A stretch of DNA of 41,983 nt from Nemertoderma westbladi (taxonomy: Eukaryota; Animalia; Xenacoelomorpha): assembly GCA_032718475.1 (NCBI GenBank), contig JAUCBJ010006451.1, forward strand, positions 1 through 41,983, read 5' to 3'. Below, piece after piece: positions 24,401 through 35,228 of this stretch. A model generated the notes under the pieces. It saw nothing but the letters and a program-made list of their open reading frames with translations, was not told where the DNA came from and did not search any database. Position 1 is the stretch's first letter. Each line of letters starts with the position of its first letter. A program made the translations under genes and the position numbers.

Positions 24401-27400
24401 TTCACTGTCAGCTGATCACATTTAAATCGACCTATAATTATACGTCGAATTAATTCACTGTCAGCTGATCACATTTAAATCGACCTATAATTATACATTG
24501 AGATAATTCACTGTCAGCTGATCACATTTAAATCGACCTATAATTATACTTCGAATTAATTCACTGTCAGCTGATCACATTTAAATCGACCTATAATTAT
24601 ACTTCGAATTAATTCACTGTCAGCTCATCACATTTAAATCGACCTATAATTATACATTGAGATAATTCACTGTCAGCTGATCACATTTAAATCGACCTAT
24701 AATTATACTTCGAATTAATTCACTGTCAGCTGATCACAGATCACATTTAAATCGACCTATAATTATACTTCGAATTAATTCACTGTCAGCTGATCACATT
24801 TAAATCGACCTATAATTATACGTCGAATTAATTCACTGTCAGCTGATCACATTTAAATCGACCTATAATTATACATTGAGATAATTCACTGTCAGCTGAT
24901 CACATTTAAATCGACCTATAATTATACTTCGAATTAATTCACTGTCAGCTGATCACATTTAAATCGACCTATAATTATACGTCGAATTAATTCACTGTCA
25001 GCAGATCACATTAAATCGACCTATAATTATACATTGAGATAATTCACTGTCAGCTGATCACATTTAAATCGACCTATAATTATACTTCAAATTAATTCAC
25101 TGTCAGCTGATCACATTTAAATCGACCTATAATTATACTTCGAATTAATTCACTGTCAGCTGATCACATTTAAATCGACCTATAATTATACATTGAGATA
25201 ATTCACTGTCAGCTGATCACATTTAAATCGACCTATAATTATACATTGAGATAATTCACTGTCAGCTGATCACATTTAAATCGACCTATAATTATACTTC
25301 GAATTAATTCACTGTCAGCTGATCACATTTAAATCGACCTATAATTATACGTCGAATTAATTCACTGTCAGCTGATCACATTTAAATCGACCTATAATTA
25401 TACATTGAGATAATTCACTGTCAGCTGATCACATTTAAATCGACCTATAATTATACTTCGAATTAATTCACTGTCAGCTGATCACATTTAAATCGACCTA
25501 TAATTATACTTCGAATTAATTCACTGTCAGCTCATCACATTTAAATCGACCTATAATTATACATTGAGATAATTCACTGTCAGCTGATCACATTTAAATC
25601 GACCTATAATTATACTTCGAATTAATTCACTGTCAGCTGATCACATTTAAATCGACCTATAATTATACTTCGAATTAATTCACTGTCAGCTGATCACATT
25701 TAAATCGACCTATAATTATACATTGAGATAATTCACTGTCAGCTGATCACATTTAAATCGACCTATAATTATACTTCGAATTAATTCACTGTCAGCTGAT
25801 CACATTTAAATCGACCTATAATTATACGTCGAATTAATTCACTGTCAGCTGATCACATTTAAATCGACCTATAATTATACATTGAGATAATTCACTGTCA
25901 GCTGATCACATTTAAATCGACCTATAATTATACTTCGAATTAATTCACTGTCAGCTGATCACATTTAAATCGACCTATAATTATACTTCGAATTAATTCA
26001 CTGTCAGCTCATCACATTTAAATCGACCTATAATTATACTTCGAATTAATTCACTGTCAGCTGATCACATTTAAATCGACCTATAATTATACGTCGAATT
26101 AATTCACTGTCAGCTGATCACATTTAAATCGACCTATAATTATACTTCGAATTAATTCACTGTCAGCTGATCACATTTAAATCGACCTATAATTATACTT
26201 CGAATTAATTCACTGTCAGCTCATCACATTTAAATCGACCTATAATTATACATTGAGATAATTCACTGTCAGCTGATCACATTTAAATCGACCTTTAATT
26301 ATACTTCGAATTAATTCACTGTCAGCTGATCACATTTAAATCGACCTATAATTATACGTCGAATTAATTCACTGTCAGCTGATCACACTTAAATCGACCT
26401 ATAATTATACTTCGAATTAATTCACTGTCAGCTGATCACATTTAAATCGACCTATAATTATACTTCGAATTAATTCACTGTCAGCTGATCACATTTAAAT
26501 CGACCTATAATTATACGTCGAATTAATTCACTGTCAGCTAATCACATTTAAATCGACCTATAATTATACTTCGAATTAATTCACTGTCAGCTGATCACAT
26601 TTAAATCGACCTATAATTATACGTCGAATTAATTCACTGTCAGCTGATCACATTTAAATCGACCTATAATTATACTTCGAATTAATTCACTGTCAGCTGA
26701 TCACATTTAAATCGACCTATAATTATACTTCGAATTAATTCACTGTCAGCTGATCACATTTAAATCGACCTATAATTATACATTGAGATAATTCACTGTC
26801 AGCTGATCACATTTAAATAGACCTATAATTATACTTCGAATTAATTCACTGTCAGCTGATCACATTTAAATCGACCTATAATTATACGTCGAATTAATTC
26901 ACTGTCAGCTGATCACATTTAAATCGACCTATAATTATACTTCGAATTAATTCACTGTCAGCTGATCACATTTAAATCGACCTATAATTATACTTCGAAT
27001 TAATTCACTGTCAGCTGATCACATTTAAATCGACCTATAATTATACTTCGAATTAATTCACTGTCAGCTGATCACATTTAAATCGACCTATAATTATACT
27101 TCGAATTAATTCACTGTCAGCTGATCACATTTAAATCGACCTATAATTATACATTGAGATAATTCACTGTCAGCTGATCACATTTAAATAGACCTATAAT
27201 TATACTTCGAATTAATTCACTGTCAGCTGATCACATTTAAATCGACCTATAATTATACATTGAGATAATTCACTGTCAGCTGATCACATTTAAATAGACC
27301 TATAATTATACTTCGAATTAATTCACTGTCAGCTGATCACATTTAAATCGACCTATAATTATACATTGAGATAATTCACTGTCAGCTGATCACATTTAAA

Positions 27401-30400
27401 TAGACCTATAATTATACTTCGAATTAATTCACTGTCAGCTGATCACATTTAAATCGACCTATAATTATACATTGAGATAATTCACTGTCAGCTGATCACA
27501 TTTAAATAGACCTATAATTATACTTCGAATTAATTCACTGTCAGCTGATCACATTTAAATCGACCTATAATTATACATTGAGATAATTCACTGTCAGCTG
27601 ATCACATTTAAATCGACCTATAATTATACATTGAGATAATTCACTGTCAGCTGATCACATTTAAATAGACCTATAATTATACTTCGAATTAATTCACTGT
27701 CAGCTGATCACATTTAAATCGACCTATAATTATACTTCGAATTAATTCACTGTCAGCTGATCACATTTAAATCGACCTATAATTATACTTCGAATTAATT
27801 CACTGTCAGCTGATCACATTTAAATCGACCTATAATTATACATTGAGATAATTCACTGTCAGCTGATCACATTTAAATAGACCTATAATTATACTTCGAA
27901 TTAATTCACTGTCAGCTGATCACATTTAAATCGACCTATAATTATACGTCGAATTAATTCACTGTCAGCTGATCACATTTAAATCGACCTATAATTATAC
28001 TTCGAATTAATTCACTGTCAGCTGATCACATTTAAATCGACCTATAATTATACTTCGAATTAATTCACTGTCAGCTGATCACATTTAAATCGACCTATAA
28101 TTATACATTGAGATAATTCACTGTCAGCTGATCACATTTAAATAGACCTATAATTATACTTCGAATTAATTCACTGTCAGCTGATCACATTTAAATCGAC
28201 CTATAATTATACGTCGAATTAATTCACTGTCAGCTGATCACATTTAAATCGACCTATAATTATACTTCGAATTAATTCACTGTCAGCTGATCACATTTAA
28301 ATCGACCTATAATTATACTTCGAATTAATTCACTGTCAGCTGATCACATTTAAATCGACCTATAATTATACATTGAGATAATTCACTGTCAGCTGATCAC
28401 ATTTAAATAGACCTATAATTATACTTCGAATTAATTCACTGTCAGCTGATCACATTTAAATCGACCTATAATTATACGTCGAATTAATTCACTGTCAGCT
28501 GATCACATTTAAATCGACCTATAATTATACTTCGAATTAATTGATCACATTTAAATCGACCTATAATTATACTTCGAATTAATTCACTGTCAGCTGATCA
28601 CATTTATATCGACCTATAATTATACTTCGAATTAATTCACTGTAAGCTGATCACATTTAAATCGACCTATAATTATACGTCGAATTAATTCACTGTCAGC
28701 TGATCACATTTAAATCGACCTATAATTATACTTCGAATTAATTCACTGTAAGCTGATCACATTTAAATCGACCTATAATTATACGTCGAATTAATTCACT
28801 GTCAGCTGATCACATTTAAATCGACCTATAATTATACTTCGAATTAATTCACTGTCAGCTGATCACATTTAAATCGACCTATAATTATACTTCGAATTAA
28901 TTCACTGTCAGCTGATCACATTTAAATCGACCTATAATTATACATTGAGATAATTCACTGTCAGCTGATCACATTAAAATCGACCTATAATTATACTTCG
29001 AATTAATTCACTGTCAGCTGATCACATTTAAATCGACCTATAATTATACGTCGAATTAACTCACTGTCAGCTGATCACATTTAAATCGACCTATAATTAT
29101 ACTTCGAATTAATTCACTGTCAGCTGATCACATTTAAATCGACCTATAATTATACTTCGAATTAATTCACTGTCAGCTGATCACATTTAAATCGACCTAT
29201 AATTATACTTCGAATTAATTCACTGTCAGCTGATCACATTTAAATCGACCTATAATTATACTTCGAATTAATTCACTGTCAGCTGATCACATTTAAATCG
29301 ACCTATAATTATACTTCGAATTAATTCACTGTCAGCTGATCACATTTAAATCGACCTATAATTATACTTCGAATTAATTCACTGTAAGCTGATCACATTT
29401 AAATCGACCTATAATTATACATTGAGATAATTCACTGTCAGCTGATCACATTTAAATCGACCTATAATTATACTTCGAATTAATTCACTGTCAGCTGATC
29501 ACATTTAAATCGACCTATAATTATACTTCTAATTAATTCATTGTCAGCTGATCACATTTAAATCGACCTATAATTATACTTCGAATTAATTCACTGTCAG
29601 CTGATCACATTTAAATCGACCTATAATTATACTTCGAATTAATTCACTGTAAGCTGATCACATTTAAATCGACCTATAATTATACTTCGAATTAATTCAC
29701 TGTCAGCTGATCACATTTAAATCGACCTATAATTATACTTCGAATTAATTCACTGTAAGCTGATCACATTTAAATCGACCTATAATTATACGTCGAATTA
29801 ATTCACTGTCAGCTGATCACACTTAAATCGACCTATAATTATACTTCGAATTAATTCACTGTCAGCTGATCACATTTAAATCAACCTATAATTATACGTC
29901 GAATTAATTCACTGTCAGCTGATCACATTTAAATCGAACTATAATTATACTTCGAATTAATTCACTGTCAGCTGATCACATTTAAATCGACCTATAATTA
30001 TACTTCGAATTAATTCACTGTCAGCTGATCACATTTAAATCGACATATAATTATACATTGAGATAATTCACTGTCAGCTGATCACATTTAAATCGACCTA
30101 TAATTATACTTCGAATTAATTCACTGTCAGCTGATCACATTTAAATCGACCTATAATTATACGTCGAATTAATTCACTGTCAGCTGATCACATTTAAATC
30201 GACCTATAATTATACTTCGAATTAATTCACTGTCAGCTGATCACATTTAAATCGACCTATAATTATACGTCGAATTAATTCACTGTCAGCTGATCACATT
30301 TAAATCGACCTATAATTATACATTGAGATAATTCACTGTCAGCTGATCACATTTAAATCGATCTATAATTATACTTCGAATTAATTCACTGTCAGCTGAT

Positions 30401-32188
30401 CACATTTAAATCGACCTATAATTATACGTCGAATTAATTCACTGTCAGCTGATCACATTTAAATTGACCTATAATTATACTTCGAATTAATTCACTGTCA
30501 GCTGGTCACATTTAAATCGACCTATAATTATACGTCGAATTAATTCACTGTCAGCTGATCACATTTAAATCGACCTATAATTATACGTCGAATTAATTCA
30601 CTGTCAGCTGATCACATTTAAATCGATCTATAATTATACTTCGAATTAATTCACTGTCAGCTGATCACATTTAAATCGACCTATAATTATACTTCGAATT
30701 AATTCACTGTCAGCTTATCACATTTAAATCGACCTTATACGTCGTATTAATTCACTGTCAGCTGATCACATTTAAATCGACCTATAATTATACGTCGAAT
30801 TAATTCACTGTCAGCTGATCACATTTAAATCGACCTATAATTATACATTGAGATAATTCACTGTCAGCTGATCACATTTAAATCGACCTATAATTATACT
30901 TCGAATTAATTCACTGTCAGCTGATCACATTTAAATCGACCTATAATTATACTTCGAATTAATTCACTGTCAGCTTATCACATTTAAATCGACCTTATAC
31001 GTCGTATTAATTCACTGTCAGCTGATCACATTTAAATCGACCTATAATTATACGTCGAATTAATTCACTGTCAGCTGATCACATTTAAATCGACCTATAA
31101 TTATACATTGAGATAATTCACTGTCAGCTGATCACATTTAAATCGATCTATAATTATACTTCGAATTAATTCACTGTCAGCTGATCACATTTAAATCGAC
31201 CTATAATTATACATTGAGATAATTCACTGTCAGCTGATCACATTTAAATCGACCTATAATTATACTTCGAATTAATTCACTGTCAGCTGATCACATTTAA
31301 ATAGACCTATAATTATACGTCGAAATAATTCAAAGTCAGCTGATCACATTTAAATCGACCTATAATTATACTTCGAATTAATTCACTGTCAGCTGATCAC
31401 ATTTAAATCGACCTATAATTATACTTCGAATTAATTCACTGTCAGCTGATCACATTTAAATAGACCTATAATTATACGTCGAAATAATTCAAAGTCAGCT
31501 GATCACATTTAAATCGACCTATAATTATACTTCGAATTAATTCACTGTCAGCTGATCACATTTAACTCGATCTATAATTATACTTCGAATTAATTCACTG
31601 TCAGCTGATCACATTTAAATCGACCTATAATTATACGTCGAAATAATTCACTGTCGGCTGATCACATTTAATACGACCTATAATTATACTTCGAATTAAT
31701 TCACTGTCAGCTGATCACATTTAAATCGACCTATAATTATACGTCGAATTAATTCACTGTCAGCTGATCACATTTAAATCGACCTATAATTATACTTCGA
31801 ATTAATTCACTGTCAGCTGATCACATTTAAATCGACCTATAATTATACGTCGAATTAATTCACTGTCAGCTGATCACATTTAAATCGACCTATAATTATG
31901 CGTCGAAATAATTCGCTGTCAGCTGATCACATTTAAATCGACCTATAATTATACTTCGAATTAATTCACTGTCAGGTGATCACATTTAAATCGACCTATA
32001 ATTATACTTCGAATTAATTCACTGTCAGCTGATCACATTTAAATCGACCTATAATTATACGTCGAATTAAGTCACTGTCAGCTGAACACATTTAAATCGA
32101 CCTATAATTATGCGTCGAAATAATTCGCTGTCAGCTGATCACATTTAATACGAGCTATAATAATTATAGGTCGATATAATTCACTGTC
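15430..32188. repeat. 53-bp satellite array, ~316 monomers, consensus TTCACTGTCAGCTGATCACATTTAAATCGACCTATAATTATACTTCGAATTAA
   Basis: Head-to-tail 53-bp period (15430, 15483, ...), ~30% GC, four common variants at one site (ACTTCGAATT, ACATTGAGAT, ACGTCGAATT, ACTTCAAATT). Confidence 0.98.
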
Positions 32189-32420
32189 TCATTTAAAACC
32201 ACCTATAATTATCGGTTGAAATAATTAAATATCAAGCAAAATAATTCAACAGAAAACATGTTTTAAATCAACCTATAATATTAAGCAAAATAATGCAGTT
32301 TTGAAACATTATTTAAATCGATCAAAAATATCAAGCGAAATAATTAAGTTGAAAACATTATTTAAAACAACTAATAATATCAATCGAAATAATTCACCAT
32401 GGCAAAAATCATTTAAAACG
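32189..32420. repeat. Highly diverged satellite-related monomers at the right edge
   Basis: Four to five units retaining TTTAAA(T/A)C..(C)TATAAT..GAAATAATT at roughly 50-bp spacing. Confidence 0.7.
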
Positions 32421-33034
32421 ACGAGCGAGACGAAATCCGGGTGGTCCTGAGTCCCATAGCACGGGGAATGGAGAAGACGTCTTTCGAGGTAATTATCGCG
32501 AATTGAAATCTTTATTTGATCAGCTCGACCAAGAGGAGCGATAATCCATTCATCAGTATCGTCGCATATAGGCTCTACGATGTGAGTTTACAACATCGGA
32601 GCATCCACAACTAAATTGGGGTTGGAGATGTCGGTGTCGAGAGGTATCGGTCGGGTTTGACTGTAAGCGACACCGAAAACGCTTTACAGACCCAGACGCG
32701 TGAATACGTGCTTTACTTTGGAACCCTTCCATTAAAGTCTGGACCGCGGGTTGGACCAAAGAAGCTGATTCGCGTTCGTCGTTCAATCGTCCACGCTACG
32801 TCCGCTCTTCGTCCACACGTCCATACGGGGCGACATACTCTGAGAGTGAGTTTGGCAGATTCACCAGTGAGATCAGCCGTTATCGTATCCATCATCTCCG
32901 CATGCTGTCCCGAGAACCTCGTTTATCGGAAGAGGGTGTTTCAACATATCGAGGTGCGAGTTTGAATATATGACTGCAACGGAGGTAGGCGGATGTCACC
33001 TCCAGACAGCCACACACCGCAACACAGTCCCTGA

Positions 33035-34345
33035 CCGACTCAAACGGCATTCTAACATACCCAAACGCCACCCAAACGGCATTCTAACATACCCAAACGG
33101 CATTATAACATAACCAAACGCCACTCTAACGGCATTCTACCTTACCCAAACGCCACTCAAACAGCATTCTAACATACCCAAACGCCACCCAAACGGCATT
33201 CTAACATACCCAACTACTACTACTACTAGGATCGGCATGCAGCATTGCAGCTGCATTTTTAAGAATGCTGTGCCGGCTTGTCGACAAAATTGCACCGCCA
33301 CAACTCCCTATCACCCATGACATTTGCTAGATCATCCGCATCTTGAAGGCCAGTGTCCTTTAAGATGCGTTTCAAGAAAGTCATGGGCTGTCCACCATGC
33401 TTATTCACTCCATGAGGCTGCCAAAGTACAAGATTATGCACTGGCTGGTCCTCACGGCGAAAACAATGTCCTGCAAAGCGGAGGCGATTTTGTTCTAGTG
33501 TCAAGCTTGGGGGAACCAATGAGACACCTCCAATGTTATATCTATATAGTGTCTGGTTGGAGATGAGTGCATTGTACTTGACACAATGAACCCGGCGTAG
33601 CATTCTTGTGAATGTGCCATCCAGAGATTTGGTGTCCTTAGCAGTTAGAGCCCAGCATGGACTCCCATAGAGGAGTACTGGAACTACTGCTGCTCTAAAT
33701 AATCGGACCTAAGTTTCCGATTAATTCTCGATGACTTCCAAATCATGGAAAGCCTATTCAAGGCTGCCCATGCCTTTCCCTTACGCATTCGAAGGTCCTC
33801 ATCTGACTTCCGGATCCATGATCCCAGGTAACAGAAGTCATCCACATGCTCAAGCATACCATCTTTTGAGCTTATGCTCATCCGATCAGAGACTTGCTGA
33901 GGACTTTCAAAGTTAACTGTCAAAATTTTGGACTTTCTAGAGTTAATAAAAAGACCAACACTAGAAGCAGCATGTTCTAATGAGCTGAGGAGCCGTTGGG
34001 CTCCTTCTAGTGATTCTGAGAGTACTCCTAAGTCATCAGCAAAGTCTAGATCAGTTAGGTACTTGGCCCTGGCAGGATTTCCTCGACTTCTGGAGCCAGT
34101 AGGTGGAGTTATCATCACCCCATCATCATTATGATGATCTAAGGACATGCGTAAGAACATAAGAATGGTGCAAGTGTGTCTCCCTGGAGGACGCCCCATT
34201 GGGGAGAACATACCCAAACGGCATTATAACATACCCAAACGCCACCCAAACGGCATTATAACATACCCAAACGCCACCCAAACGGCATTCTAATATACCC
34301 AAACGTCACCCAAACGGCAGTCTAACATACCCAAACGCCAAACGT
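33035..34345. repeat. ~32-bp tandem repeat (CCCAAACGCCACCCAAACGGCATTCTAACATA) split by an RTE insertion
   Basis: Units at ~33035-33213 and 34207-34345; related inverted motifs (GCCGTTTGGGTG) at ~34745-34850. Confidence 0.85.
33214..34206 (-). mobile_element. 5'-truncated RTE-clade LINE (reverse transcriptase C-terminal half, frameshifted)
   Basis: GVLQGDTLAPFL at the 5' truncation, YLTDLDFADDL, VGLFINSRKSK, VDDFCYLGS, RLRFAGHCFR; (TAG)n tail; candidate 11-bp TSD AACATACCCAA (33203-33213, 34207-34217). Confidence 0.92.
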
Positions 34346-35228
34346 TTATTGTTTATTTTTGCCTTTTCCAAAACAATACCTCAACGTTATAACGTTTATT
34401 GTTTATTTGTTTTGGTTAGAAAAGCCCACCCATGTAACCTGATCCTTTACTTTATTATAAGAATCGGTAGCCTAATAGGCTTGTCGGTAGTCGCAACATT
34501 TACAACCGCAATTGCATTTAACATTTCAGTGGCTGACAGTTTACAGTCACAGTCAGACAGTAAGCTATTCTACATACCAGTCTGCCGGTACCGGTACTGC
34601 AGTACCGGTACTGTATTTCAGTATTTGGTAGGTACCGGTTAATTTCACCGTTTATCTACTGACTCACTGATTTAGGATGACAGGGAGTACCCTATAGCGG
34701 CTATAGGGCAGTAGGGGGTAATTTTCATCCGGCAGTTCATTTTTAGTGCCGTTTGGGTGCCGGTCTGCCAGTTGGGTTCGTTTGCAAGTTTGGGTGCCGT
34801 TTGGCTTTTTTGGGCAGTTGGGTGCCGATTGGGTGCGTTTGGGTAATTAGTCACTGTCACACCCGTGATATTGTGTTTTTTTCGGTACCGGCTTTTTTAC
34901 AGTGTACTGCTGACTGACAGGCTGTTTGCTGTTGTGCTGTATTCTGGTATTCTGTTTACAGGTTTAGCAGTTTAGGTCTACTCTGCAGCTCTGCCAGTCT
35001 GCCTGTCTGCTACTCCTGTAGGCCTACTCCTGCTGTCCTGTCTGCCTGCAGCCTGTGCCTGTACTGCTGTCTCCTGCCTGGCTGTAATTCAGTACCGGCT
35101 GACCGGTCTGCCAGTAGTTAGTACATAGTACTGTCTGACTGTAGCTGTCCCTGTCAGGCAGTCAGGATGTGTAGTACTGTGACTGTAGTAGAGCAGCCAC
35201 GTACAGACGTAGCCCCTATATCAGTATG

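Noticed and set aside
15430-32188. CRISPR-like array (constant part plus variable site)
   Set aside because: The variable site is only ~10 bp with about four recurring alleles; no unique spacers, no cas genes, eukaryotic context.
15430-32188. Protein-coding tandem repeat
   Set aside because: 53 is not a multiple of 3, and the ORF track shows no ORF across the array.
32553-32965. Short ORFs right of the satellite as genes
   Set aside because: All six frames are interrupted or unrecognisable; kept only as an unassigned segment in findings.
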